17,910 bases of DNA from Candidatus Micrarchaeota archaeon (GCA_037444485.1 JBBIMI010000016.1:1-17910), one strand, 5' to 3'. Counted from the stretch's first letter, positions 1 to 9,275 are shown. Notes: generated by a model from the letters alone, not told the origin. A program made the numbers and translations.

Positions 1-1
1 T

Positions 2-2596
2 GTAGGCAGCGCTGCTGCGCCGAGTGACGCTGTTGCTGCAGCTAACATTGCTGCAATGATTGGCAACCTGGCGTACACTAGCTCGGACATTACCGTCCTC
101 GGCAAGGACCAATTGTCGTGCGGCGGCGGAGGCGAGGTTACTGAAAAAACTACTACGCTTGAAGTAACCACGCCTGGAGTGAACCCGAACGTAGCGTACC
201 AAATGAAGACGTACATTCAAGGCTATCTAGACAAGACGCCGATTGACGACCGCCTCAACGACATGAGTGGCTCGCTAACGATTTTAGGCAGTGACGGCAG
301 CAGCGGCGGACGCAAGATAACTAATTATGAAGCGCCGGCGTTGGTTTTCAAGACGACCGTCACGGACACGCAAGTAAGCAAGTCTTACACTGAAGACGAG
401 AGGTACTTCGCGTACGCGTACACTTCGTACGACACTAGTAGTAAGACCGTGAAAGCGAAGAACGGCCAAATCGCGTACGAAGCACAATTCACTAACCCGA
501 TTCAAGTCTGCACTGAATTCACGCCCGACGACTCGACTTGTTCAGACACGTACAGGACCAGCAAGCACCGCGTCAAGATAAAATTCTTGGGCAGCGACTG
601 GGTCATTTACGGCATGGACAACTTTCCGAGCAACGGCGGAGTGACTGCAGGCAGCACCGCGCTGACGATAGGAAAGGAAGTCGCGTACAAGGAATTCATG
701 CAAATCGGGGACGAGGCGACTGCGCCGAACGGCGTTAAAGTCGTTCTCAAAGACATTTCAGGCTTTCCGACCGGCACGCAATACCAGCCGCCTGTTTCGT
801 TCGACATTTACGACGCGAACGGAAACAAGATAGACACTGCAACCCTGCAGGAAGGCGGGACGAACGAGTACAACAAGTACGGAATAGTCATCAAAGTCTG
901 GAAAGCGTTTGCAGGCATTGGGCAAACTGCTTACGCGCAAGTCAGCATTTTCAGTGACAAGCTCGTGTTGACGCATGGAACAGTTGTCGACACTAACAAC
1001 CAACAATGGCAAGTGTCTCTAGTCGGAGGCGGAACCGCGTACGGATCCTCCTTATCGCGCGTGCAGTTAAGCCGCGTGGTAATCGACGACTTGAACGCTG
1101 GAGACTACGTGACTTTCATTCAAAAACCGCAAGCCATGAAGCTCACGTACAGTGGCTTGGAGACAGTCGATTACGACACGCTGCAAATCGGAACCGGCGA
1201 GAGATCGTTTCCAACGAGTTCAAGCGATATCCTCAGCTACGTGTACATTACGTCAAGCTTGACGAACCCGTTCAACATGGGTACGACGAGCACGAACACG
1301 ATTTACTACATTACTGAGAACACTACAACTGGACAAGTCGCGCAAGGAGATATTTTATACCAAGACCCAAGCACCGGAAACTTTATAAAGTATTACGGAG
1401 CAGGCAACACAGGCACTTTCACGTACAACGCAGGCACTAGCGTGAAGTTCACCGGCTTGAGCGGAGTTTACATGACAGCTAACGCAAGTGCTGGACAGTG
1501 TCCGCCTGGAGTGGTTGATGGACCAACGTTGATCACAACATTCGGTCCATACACTTTACTCAACTCGTCGATACTGACGGGAACAATTAATGTGTACGAC
1601 TCTTCAGTCGCATTCTCCGCAGTAAACGACTCTTCAAATGCAAGCGCATACATTATAACTACGAACGCGAGCTGCTACGGATATCTGCAGTTCTATAATG
1701 GAGCTGGCACCGCGTACCCGAAGCCAGATGCGTACAACATAACCGTGAACAAAGTTCCGTACAACTATGGTCCGAACACGCTCAACATAATATTCGACGC
1801 GAACGGCATTAATGCATCAGGAGAACCGACTACAGCCGACGGCTACGTGATCGCCATTCCAGAATTCCAGAATGACGACGACACCAACCAAGGCGCTTGG
1901 CTGTTCGACGTCGGCTACGGCAGTGTAAGCACGCCGCGCTTGGGACCAACAAGCGGAACAGCGTACCTAGCGTACAACAACAGCTTCAGTGGAGTTGACA
2001 GCACCGGCAAAATAACTGGCACTGTATACGAGTCCGACTACATTTCGCCACGCGGCAGCACTGGCAAGATTTCGTTGAACAGCGGCAGCGTAAACTACGC
2101 GACGAATCTAGCGCACGCGTTGTACACGTTGTCAGGAACAACTGTTGCGGGGGCAGGCAACGTTGCTGAAGTTGGACCACTCAAGGAAGGCGAAACTGGA
2201 CTTAACGAAAGCGGATACATAGTCGTAGTCAAGACCATTACAGCAGGCGGCGCTGCAGGCGGCGAATTAAGCGGCCTAGAAAACCTCAAACCAAGCAGCG
2301 ACAAAGCGTTCGTTGTAACGCAGTTGGACACTGCAAGCAGCCCGCTCGTAGTTACTGACGCGAGCGGATTAGCTGGAACAACTCAACCGTTGATAGTGGT
2401 CGGAGGACCCCTCGTGAACACGGTTGCTGCAGGAGTTCCAGGCGGAGACGTTGCTGCAACTCCAGGCAGCGAGGCAGTCGTGAAAGTAATCGGCGACAAG
2501 ATTCTCGTCTACGGTTACACTGCTGCTGACACGACCAGCGCGGCTAACGCGTTGATCTCGTGGCTCGCTGAAAACGCTGCAACCATCCAGAGATAA
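2..2596 (+). CDS. S-layer protein (Methanococcus/Thermococcus-type S_layer_N + S_layer_C), 5'-truncated by the window edge
   Basis: The frame is open from base 2 and reads VGSAAAPSDAVAAANIAAMIG, a typical archaeal S-layer N-terminal motif, so the true start lies upstream of the window. C-terminal LIVVGGPLVNTVA...ILVYGYTAADT matches the S_layer_C pattern. Rich in T/S/G/N/Y with several N-x-S/T sequons. Confidence 0.88.
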   Translation, partial: VGSAAAPSDAVAAANIAAMIGNLAYTSSDITVLGKDQLSCGGGGEVTEKTTTLEVTTPGVNPNVAYQMKTYIQGYLDKTPIDDRLNDMSGSLTILGSDGSSGGRKITNYEAPALVFKTTVTDTQVSKSYTEDERYFAYAYTSYDTSSKTVKAKNGQIAYEAQFTNPIQVCTEFTPDDSTCSDTYRTSKHRVKIKFLGSDWVIYGMDNFPSNGGVTAGSTALTIGKEVAYKEFMQIGDEATAPNGVKVVLKDISGFPTGTQYQPPVSFDIYDANGNKIDTATLQEGGTNEYNKYGIVIKVWKAFAGIGQTAYAQVSIFSDKLVLTHGTVVDTNNQQWQVSLVGGGTAYGSSLSRVQLSRVVIDDLNAGDYVTFIQKPQAMKLTYSGLETVDYDTLQIGTGERSFPTSSSDILSYVYITSSLTNPFNMGTTSTNTIYYITENTTTGQVAQGDILYQDPSTGNFIKYYGAGNTGTFTYNAGTSVKFTGLSGVYMTANASAGQCPPGVVDGPTLITTFGPYTLLNSSILTGTINVYDSSVAFSAVNDSSNASAYIITTNASCYGYLQFYNGAGTAYPKPDAYNITVNKVPYNYGPNTLNIIFDANGINASGEPTTADGYVIAIPEFQNDDDTNQGAWLFDVGYGSVSTPRLGPTSGTAYLAYNNSFSGVDSTGKITGTVYESDYISPRGSTGKISLNSGSVNYATNLAHALYTLSGTTVAGAGNVAEVGPLKEGETGLNESGYIVVVKTITAGGAAGGELSGLENLKPSSDKAFVVTQLDTASSPLVVTDASGLAGTTQPLIVVGGPLVNTVAAGVPGGDVAATPGSEAVVKVIGDKILVYGYTAADTTSAANALISWLAENAATIQR

Positions 2597-2656
2597 GACC
2601 ATTCAGAGACAAGTTAGCAAAACGAAAAGCCGTTTAAAAAAAAACCATTGATTTTC

Positions 2657-2735
2657 GTGAAAGGCCCTGAAAGCCTTTCACTTCCCCTCTTTTTTCCCTC
2701 CAAAATTTTTTTTCTTTTAATTTTTTTCTTTTTTC
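2657..2735 (+). terminator. Hairpin plus oligo-T tract, putative terminator of the S-layer gene
   Basis: GTGAAAGGC (2657-2665) pairs perfectly with GCCTTTCAC (2673-2681) around a 7-nt loop, followed by a pyrimidine/T-rich run, about 60 bp after the stop codon. Confidence 0.65.
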
Positions 2736-3026
2736 AACTTAACGAATTTTTCCTCAAAAAAAATGATTTCGCGCGCGCACGCTGGCGCACGCTTTCAAAA
2801 CTACAAACTATGAAAAAAAGATTCTTGATTTTTTAATTAAAAGCAAGCTAAACAAAGAAACAAAAAGTTTTTTAAAAAACCGTTTTATAATCAAACCATT
2901 TTGTTAGTAAAACGTCGTTAAAAAAAAATTTGTGGCGGGATTTTAAGGCAGGATTTTTAATAAGGTTTTTAATAAGGTTTTCAAGCAATAATCTAGTATC
3001 TAGTTCTGCGGGGTTTCAAACAAGAA

Positions 3027-5537
3027 TTGAGTTCCGCGACAACGAATAGAAAACACTTGTTTTTCTTTCTAGCGTCTTCAATTTTTTTAGTTTCAACCCT
3101 AATTGGGGTACTGTCCAGCGAAGCGCGCGCGTTTGACGTGAACGCTTGCGGTTTTACTGTAAACGCTTCAGGCGAGTACGTAGTCACGCAAAACCTTTCA
3201 AACGATGTTACTCCGGCCTGCATTACAATAAATTCTAGCGACGTGTCGCTTGACTGCGCTGGACACTCAATCACGCAGGCAACGCCTACGCCTGCTTCAG
3301 GCGTACTCGTTTTAAATGCGAGCAACGCGAGCGTAAAAAACTGCGTCATACAGTTTTTCGAGAATGGTGTGAAACTCGATTACTCGAACAACTCGCTGGT
3401 TGAAAACAATTTGTTGAACAACAACACTTACGGCGTTCTAGCAAGCCAGTCTCAAGCAAACGCGTTTCGCTTGAATACTGCAAGCAGCAACACGTACGGA
3501 ATCGCGTTGTTTGACTCCACCGGCAACCAAGTTCTCGAGAATACTGTGGATGGAAACGATTACGGTATTTACTCGTCGAACTCGCATTACAACGTTTTTT
3601 CAAGCAATACTGTTGACGTGAACGGGTTTGACGGCGTTTACTTTTTCCTTTCCAACGATAACACGTTTTCAAACAATTCGGTGAACAACAACGGGGGAAA
3701 CGGCGTCTTCGCGTACGGCTCGTACAACAACGTTATTGACGGCAACGCGATTAACTCGAACGCGGACGCGGGCGTTAAACTAAAGCATTACTCGATTGTA
3801 AATTACTCGACTACAAGATATTCGACTTCATCAACTTCAAGGTACTCGACTCCGAGTGTTGCGGCGAGTGTTGCAGGGAATGCTGGGATTACTGTTTTTA
3901 GTAATACTGTAAGCAATAACGCGATTTCGAACGGAGCGTACGGCGTCTACGTTGCAGACGATCAAGTAATGGTAACTGGTAACACGATTACGGGCGCGTC
4001 ATCAGCTGGACTCGTGATTGACGGTTACGCGTTGACGGGCTTTAGCGCAACGGTGACTGGAAACACGATTAACGAGAACGACGCGGGCGTCCTGCTCTTG
4101 TATACGCGTGACAACGTTTTTTCAAGCAACCAGATTGGCGTCAACACTAATGCTGGCATTGCTTCGATTGGGAGCGACAACAACAATTTTACTAGCGACG
4201 TGATTCAAAACTCGGTTAACCCAGGCACCGTTTTTCTTGACGCTGCATCAAACTTGACGTTCGTCAACGTTAGTTTCGACAAGACGCGTTCATTCTTTAA
4301 TGACTATGACAGCTTGCTGACAGTAAAATGGTTTTTAAACGTTTTCGTGACAGACCAGTACGGCGCGCCAGTGAACAACGCTGTAGTCTCTGTTTACGAC
4401 GTCAACTCTACTCAAACTTTCGCTAGCGTAACGAACGCTAACGGAATGGTTTCAACGCAAACGCTTGAATATATTCAAAACCAGTCTAACACGATTAATT
4501 ACACGCCTCACGCGATTACTGCGGTGAAGAACAGTGTTTCAAACTCTACGCAAACGCAAGTAACTCAAAGCACTACAGCAAGCATCACGCTTGCCTTGAC
4601 GCCTCCAACGATTTCAAGCGTGACCGTCGCAGACGTAATGCAGAACTCTGTAGTAATAACTTGGGTTACTGACTACCCTGCAAACGAAACGCTTGAGTAT
4701 GGCACAAGCACTAATTACGGCGCGAATTACACTAACCCCGCGCTGGCAACAACGCATTCAGCGACGCTCGTCGACTTAACTTCAGGCGTCACTTACCACT
4801 TTAAAGTGTGGGCTTGCGACGCGAACAATAACTGCGCGAACTCAAGCGACTATGTTTTTACTACAGTAAGCGGCGGAGCTACTGGTGGAACGAGTGGGGG
4901 CGGAGCAACCAGCGGCTCGGCTGGAGGCAGCAGCTCGACTAGCGGTGCAGGCAGTAGTTCAACGGTTACGCCAACTCCTTCACCGTTCACGCAGCAACTT
5001 GACTTGGGCGACGGCGCGATGGTTACGGTGACGAGCAACAGCGGGCCTTCAAACGAGTACACTGTTTTTTACTTGAATTATTCAAGCAACGATTCATTTA
5101 CTGGAACAATAGAATGGGTGTTGCCGCTTGATTGCAGTGATTACTTGAATGGGTTACTGTCGTTCACGCCGCCTCCGTCCAGCGTTTCCTGCGGCAGCAT
5201 TAAAGCAGTATGGGAAGTAAAGTTTTTGAAGGCGGGCGACGAGTTCAACGCGAAAGTTACAGTACGCAAGCAACTTCCTGCAAGCATCGTGAACGACGTT
5301 AAAAAACCAGTAATCACTCGAATTCGCGAAGAATCGGTTTCTAGCCCGGTTTCAAGCGCTATTGCAACGCTGCCGACAGTTACAGCAAGCACTCAAGTTG
5401 AAGCAATGCAGCCGGTGACGGGCGGAGTGTTTGCGGGAAGCAATAGTTACTGGTTGATTGGCGTGATAATCGCGGTTCTCTTAGTGGCTGCAATCGCGTT
5501 TTACGCTAGAAAACGCAGCAGCCAGCAGCAGCATTAG
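3027..5537 (+). CDS. Membrane-anchored surface protein: right-handed parallel beta-helix (NosD/pectin lyase-like) repeats, FN3-like domain, G/S/T linker, C-terminal TM helix
   Basis: N-terminal signal peptide; many repeats of the type N-x-YGI-x-L-x-x-S-x-x-N-x-[VI]-x-x-N-T; FN3-like segment (VVITWVTD...EYGTSTNYG...LTSGVTYHFKV); hydrophobic helix WLIGVIIAVLLVAAIAFYA followed by RKR. TTG start is uncertain. Confidence 0.85.
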   Translation: MSSATTNRKHLFFFLASSIFLVSTLIGVLSSEARAFDVNACGFTVNASGEYVVTQNLSNDVTPACITINSSDVSLDCAGHSITQATPTPASGVLVLNASNASVKNCVIQFFENGVKLDYSNNSLVENNLLNNNTYGVLASQSQANAFRLNTASSNTYGIALFDSTGNQVLENTVDGNDYGIYSSNSHYNVFSSNTVDVNGFDGVYFFLSNDNTFSNNSVNNNGGNGVFAYGSYNNVIDGNAINSNADAGVKLKHYSIVNYSTTRYSTSSTSRYSTPSVAASVAGNAGITVFSNTVSNNAISNGAYGVYVADDQVMVTGNTITGASSAGLVIDGYALTGFSATVTGNTINENDAGVLLLYTRDNVFSSNQIGVNTNAGIASIGSDNNNFTSDVIQNSVNPGTVFLDAASNLTFVNVSFDKTRSFFNDYDSLLTVKWFLNVFVTDQYGAPVNNAVVSVYDVNSTQTFASVTNANGMVSTQTLEYIQNQSNTINYTPHAITAVKNSVSNSTQTQVTQSTTASITLALTPPTISSVTVADVMQNSVVITWVTDYPANETLEYGTSTNYGANYTNPALATTHSATLVDLTSGVTYHFKVWACDANNNCANSSDYVFTTVSGGATGGTSGGGATSGSAGGSSSTSGAGSSSTVTPTPSPFTQQLDLGDGAMVTVTSNSGPSNEYTVFYLNYSSNDSFTGTIEWVLPLDCSDYLNGLLSFTPPPSSVSCGSIKAVWEVKFLKAGDEFNAKVTVRKQLPASIVNDVKKPVITRIREESVSSPVSSAIATLPTVTASTQVEAMQPVTGGVFAGSNSYWLIGVIIAVLLVAAIAFYARKRSSQQQH

Positions 5538-5649
5538 CAGCAACAACACTTAAACAAACAACAACACTTAAATAAAAAATGCGCAAAAAAGCAGACTAAC
5601 CCTTTTATTCCCAGTTCCTGTTTTTGTTTCCAATCAAATTATTAAATTA

Positions 5650-5847
5650 ATTAAAATTTATTAAAAAAGAAAATGAAAATAGAAATAAAAACAGAAAATA
5701 GAAATGAAAAAAGAAAAATAAAATGAAATGAAAATAAAAATTAAAAAAAAATGAAAATGAAAAATAGAAAAAAATTGAATAAAAAAAGATGAAAATAAAT
5801 AAAATAAAAATAGAAATAAAAATAGAAAAATAAAAAAAATAGAAAAG
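5650..5847. repeat. About 200-bp A-rich low-complexity tract (degenerate AAAAT[G/A] units)
   Basis: Directly visible; almost only A with interspersed T and G, and a single C. Confidence 0.9.
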
Positions 5848-5920
5848 TTTTTTGAGGGATTTTGAGGGACTTGACAACAATTCGGGCAAACGAGTTAAGT
5901 GATTGAGGTGAACGAGTAAA

Positions 5921-6568
5921 GTGGGTTGGAAAAAGATTTGGATGAGTTTCAAGAAAACGTTTTTAGGTTTTTTTCTAGTCACGGCAGTTCTCGCGATGGG
6001 CTGCACGCAACAACAAACGCCTACGCCGACGCCTACGCTAGCGCCGACTCAAACGTTGACGGTTTCACCTACTACAGTAATCGCTTCACCAAGCGAAGCG
6101 GCAACGCAAGCCGCGAGCGTTGAAGCCTCGCCTAGCATTGAAGCCTCGCCGACCCCGAAAGCGGACGCGCTTGAACAATTGAAAAAAGATTTCGAGACCG
6201 CAGCGTCAAGCGTTTTCGGCGACGCAGTCAAGTTCGTAGAAGAAAGCCCGATTAGCAACCCTGGTTTTTGGAGTTTCTCAAAAATAAAGCCCAGCTACAA
6301 GTACGAGTTGTGGATTGAACCCTCACATTTTAGAGATTGGCTCGCTGAAGAAAAAGGCACAGTGCGTGAAGTGACGACAAACCAAGGCAGTAAAGTAAGC
6401 GTTTCAATAGTCGAGACAGTCATTGGCAAGTACACGTTTGAAGCGAAAATGCCTTGCTATAATTGGAAGTACTTCGCGAAAATCACGGTTATCGAAAACA
6501 ACGCTGATGCGCGCGTAGGTTACGGCGAGAAGCTCGTCAAAACGCTCGGCGACTACTGCCCCCAATAA
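5921..6568 (+). CDS. Hypothetical lipoprotein with P/T/S/A-rich linker
   Basis: GAGGTGA RBS at 5905-5911 before the GTG (alternative ATG at 5942); basic N-region, hydrophobic stretch and lipobox-like LAMGC; TPTPTP/ASP linker; C-terminal globular domain with two Cys. Confidence 0.8.
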   Translation: MGWKKIWMSFKKTFLGFFLVTAVLAMGCTQQQTPTPTPTLAPTQTLTVSPTTVIASPSEAATQAASVEASPSIEASPTPKADALEQLKKDFETAASSVFGDAVKFVEESPISNPGFWSFSKIKPSYKYELWIEPSHFRDWLAEEKGTVREVTTNQGSKVSVSIVETVIGKYTFEAKMPCYNWKYFAKITVIENNADARVGYGEKLVKTLGDYCPQ

Positions 6569-6639
6569 AGCCGCCTACAATAAAGCCAATCACTTAATAA
6601 AACCACGCCGCGCAACGCAACCTTTCCTTGCCTCAATTA

Positions 6640-6745
6640 TTTTTCCTTTTTTTAATTCTTTTTTTAATTCTTTTTTTCTTTTCCTCTTTTTTTCTTTTCC
6701 TCTTTTTAATTCTTTTCTTGTTTTTCCTCTTTTTTTCTTTACTTT
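6640..6745 (+). terminator. Long T/C tract after the lipoprotein gene, putative archaeal oligo-T terminator region
   Basis: 6668-6707 is 40 nt of pure pyrimidine containing TTTTTTTCTTTTCCTC twice; located about 70 bp after the stop codon. Confidence 0.55.
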
Positions 6746-6747
6746 AC

Positions 6748-6849
6748 ATCTTTACCCTTAACCAGGCTATCCTTTACTCTAACCACCCACATCTTTTATT
6801 TTAACTATACATATCTTTTACTCTAGCACCCTATCTTTCGCCATAACGA
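6748..6849. repeat. Five degenerate 17-bp direct repeats, consensus ATCTTTTACTCTAACCA, spaced 20-22 bp
   Basis: Copies start at 6748 (ATCTTTACCCTTAACCA), 6769 (ATCCTTTACTCTAACCA), 6791 (ATCTTTTATTTTAACTA), 6813 (ATCTTTTACTCTAGCAC) and 6833 (ATCTTTCGCCATAACGA). Confidence 0.7.
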
Positions 6850-7303
6850 CGCAACGCGTCAAGCAAGGCACGCGCATCACGCTTGACAGCAAAGAGTTAG
6901 TCAAGAGAATAAGTTAAGAGGATAGTCAAGGATAGTCAAGAAAAGCGCGAAAAAAATGTTTTTCTACTTCAAAAACGTTGAGTACCGTGATTACATGAAC
7001 GTTTGAATCAAACGTATCAAACGCCGAAAAAAAGCATTTTCGTGGACTTGGTTTTACTTCAAGTAGCCGGTTAAGTCGAGCAGCCGGTGAGTCGAGCAGC
7101 CAGTAAGCCGGGAAGCCGCGAGTGAAACGCCGGGAAGCCGTTGAATGAAGCGATACTCTGCGAATCCGTGAATACTTTAAAGAAACGAAGAAAACGCTGC
7201 TGAACACCGAAAAGTTGAGTCAAGCACCAAAAACCAAAAAACTTTAGGCTGGCGTTAAAAACGCTTTAACGCGGAAGCGTCTGGCCTGCCAGCTGCACCG
7301 CGT

Positions 7304-7483
7304 TCACTCTTTCTTTTGCGGGTTGTTTTGCGAGCTTTTTTCTTTCTCGAAACTCTCGATGTCCCTACGCACCAACTCGCGAATAAAGTCCTGCACTGAC
7401 GGAAATTTCCGTTTATTTACAGCGTGGTCTTGAATATTCCAATCCACTGGTACTGTAACGAGGAAAGACTCTGACTCAGGCAT
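7304..7483 (-). CDS. Small ribbon-helix-helix (CopG/CdrS-like) DNA-binding protein, 59 aa; absent from the supplied ORF track
   Basis: Hand translation: MPESESFLVTVPVDWNIQDHAVNKRKFPSVQDFIRELVRRDIESFEKEKSSQNNPQKKE*. Alternating beta-strand FLVTVP, then FPSVQDFIRELVRRDI matching the RHH helix B pattern (F/Y-x-S-x-x-[ED]-[FA]-I-R-x-x-V-R). GGGGGT RBS-like sequence upstream of the ATG. Confidence 0.82.
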   Translation of the reverse strand: MPESESFLVTVPVDWNIQDHAVNKRKFPSVQDFIRELVRRDIESFEKEKSSQNNPQKKE

Positions 7484-7750
7484 TTCTCAACCCCCAACAT
7501 GCGACGAGTGACACTGCGGCAGGCGACAAGCAGCAGCCGACTTACTCGAAAAAACCAAGCAAGGACGCATTTTCCCCCAAATCACATAACGGTTTTCCCA
7601 AAAGATTACGCAACAAAAAAACAACGAAAAATAAAAACGAAAAACACATATTTAAACATATGCTTTTATATTAAAGAAGCAAAAAAACACTCTAAACACC
7701 TCACTTCCAATAATTTTTAAATAAAACCATATTTTTTCTAGTAATGTAAG

Positions 7751-7767
7751 CGAAAGGTTTTTAAATA
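7751..7767 (+). promoter_or_regulatory. Archaeal BRE-TATA promoter, probably for the first ftsZ
   Basis: CGAAAGG-TTTTTAAATA matches the BRE plus TATA consensus; the next + strand gene is ftsZ. Confidence 0.65.
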
Positions 7768-7802
7768 AAGTCGTGTTTTCTCTTAATTACTTCCCAGTAA
7801 TT

Positions 7803-7840
7803 CAAAAACCAAGTTAGAAAACAAAAACCGAGTTAGAAAA
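7803..7840. repeat. 19-bp direct repeat x2 just downstream of the putative ftsZ promoter
   Basis: CAAAAACCAAGTTAGAAAA / CAAAAACCGAGTTAGAAAA, one mismatch. Confidence 0.8.
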
Positions 7841-8054
7841 ACAATTTGGAAACACTCAAAAAAAAATTTGTTTAAAACCAAAGAATTAAAACTATTAGAA
7901 CTGGAAAATGGTGGAAAACAAAAATTAAATTAAAACCAGAAAATAAAAAAAATTAAATGAAAATAAAAAAATTAAATTAAAACTCAAAAATAAAAAAAAA
8001 TTAGAGAGCGAAAATAAAAAACGGAAATAAAAAAATTTGGAGGGGCGGTTTGAC

Positions 8055-9119
8055 ATGGAGGACATCGTTAAAAGCGCTTTGGGGGCTCCTCGCCCGCAAA
8101 GCAACAGCGACAAGGAATACGAGGACATTAAAATCAGCGTTATCGGTGTCGGTGGAGGCGGAAACAACACCGTCAACCGCCTGCGTAGGCTCGACGTGAA
8201 GGGAGCTGAACTAATAGCGTGCAACACCGACCGCCAGCATTTGAACATGCTCGACGAATCCATTGCAAAACTACTCATTGGAAAAAGCGTGACGAAGGGA
8301 TTAGGCGCAGGTGGTTTTCCTGAAGTTGGAATGAAGTGCGCTGAAGTCGACCGAGCCGCAATCGAAAAATCGCTCAGCGGTTCGCACCTCGTGTTTCTCT
8401 GCGCTGGAATGGGTGGAGGCACTGGGACAGGCGCTGCACCAGTAATAGCTGAAGTCGCGAAACAACAAGGCGCAATCGTCGTTGCAATGGTGACTTACCC
8501 GTTCGCGCTTGAACGCGCGCGAGTGCAAAAAGCAGAAGAAGGAATCGCGCGATTACGCGAAGTTTCCGATTCTGTGATTATTCTCGACAACAACCGCCTA
8601 GTGCAAATCGTCCCGAACTTGCCGATGAATCAAGCTTTCCTGGTTGCGGACGAGATTCTCGCGAAAGCCATCGGCGGACTCGTGTTTACGATAACCCAAC
8701 CGTCGCTCGTAAACATTGACTTTGCGGACGTGCGCGCAATAATGGGACACGGCGACGTTGGAATGATTGCAGTCGGCAGCGGCAAAGGACCTGGAAAAGT
8801 GGAAGACGCTGTTGATGGAGTGTTGAAGAACCGCTTGTTGGACGTCGACTTCGCGGGCGCGCGGGGAGCAATCATCCACATTGCTGGCGGCGCCGACTTA
8901 ACGCTCGGCGACGCGATAAAAGCAGGCGAAATGATTACAGACCAAATGGACGCTAACGCAAACGTCAAGTGGGGTGCTAGATTGATTCCGGATTACGACG
9001 GCAAACTAGAAATCTGCGCTATAGTTACCGGCGTTAAAAGCCCGCAAATCGTTGGCAGAACCGCGCCTCAAAAACAACCAGAAAAAGAAGTCGGTTACGA
9101 CATCGAAATAATAAGTTAA
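8055..9119 (+). CDS. ftsZ: Cell division GTPase FtsZ, paralog A (FtsZ2-type)
   Basis: GVGGGGNN, NTD, GLGAGGFPEVG, tubulin signature GGGTGTG, T7 loop NIDFAD. TYPFALERAR and VPNLP are FtsZ2-like. GGAGG at 8039-8043 favours ATG 8055 over TTG 8037. Confidence 0.97.
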   Translation: MEDIVKSALGAPRPQSNSDKEYEDIKISVIGVGGGGNNTVNRLRRLDVKGAELIACNTDRQHLNMLDESIAKLLIGKSVTKGLGAGGFPEVGMKCAEVDRAAIEKSLSGSHLVFLCAGMGGGTGTGAAPVIAEVAKQQGAIVVAMVTYPFALERARVQKAEEGIARLREVSDSVIILDNNRLVQIVPNLPMNQAFLVADEILAKAIGGLVFTITQPSLVNIDFADVRAIMGHGDVGMIAVGSGKGPGKVEDAVDGVLKNRLLDVDFAGARGAIIHIAGGADLTLGDAIKAGEMITDQMDANANVKWGARLIPDYDGKLEICAIVTGVKSPQIVGRTAPQKQPEKEVGYDIEIIS

Positions 9120-9275
9120 AAGCTTTTCTTTCTTAAAAAGAAAGAAAACCTTGGAAAAAAGCTTTTCTTTCTTAAAAAGAAAGAAAACCTTGGAAAAAAG
9201 CTTTTCTTTCTTAAAAAGAAAGAAAACCTTGGAAAAAAGCTTTTCTTTCTTAAAAAGAAAGAAAACCTTGGAAAA
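9118..9275. repeat. Perfect tandem repeat, 39 bp x 4, internally palindromic, no spacers
   Basis: Unit GCTTTTCTTTCTTAAAAAGAAAGAAAACCTTGGAAAAAA starts at 9122, 9161, 9200 and 9239 (last copy two A short). Each unit has TTTTCTTTCTT-AAA-AAGAAAGAAAA (11-bp inverted repeat); junctions form the palindrome AAAAGCTTTT. Confidence 0.97.

Noticed and set aside
5647..6006. Phe-rich minus-strand ORF (similarly 7925-8422 - and 2648-2836 +)
   Set aside because: Translation of A/T tracts or antisense shadows of real genes.
6926..7207. 93-aa minus-strand ORF
   Set aside because: No recognisable motif or RBS; crosses short repeats.
7460..7472. RNase P RNA-like GAGGAAAG motif
   Set aside because: Lacks the following TCC and the complementary P4 strand; lies within the RHH coding sequence.
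9118..9275. CRISPR array
   Set aside because: Units abut with no spacers, and there are no cas genes in the window.
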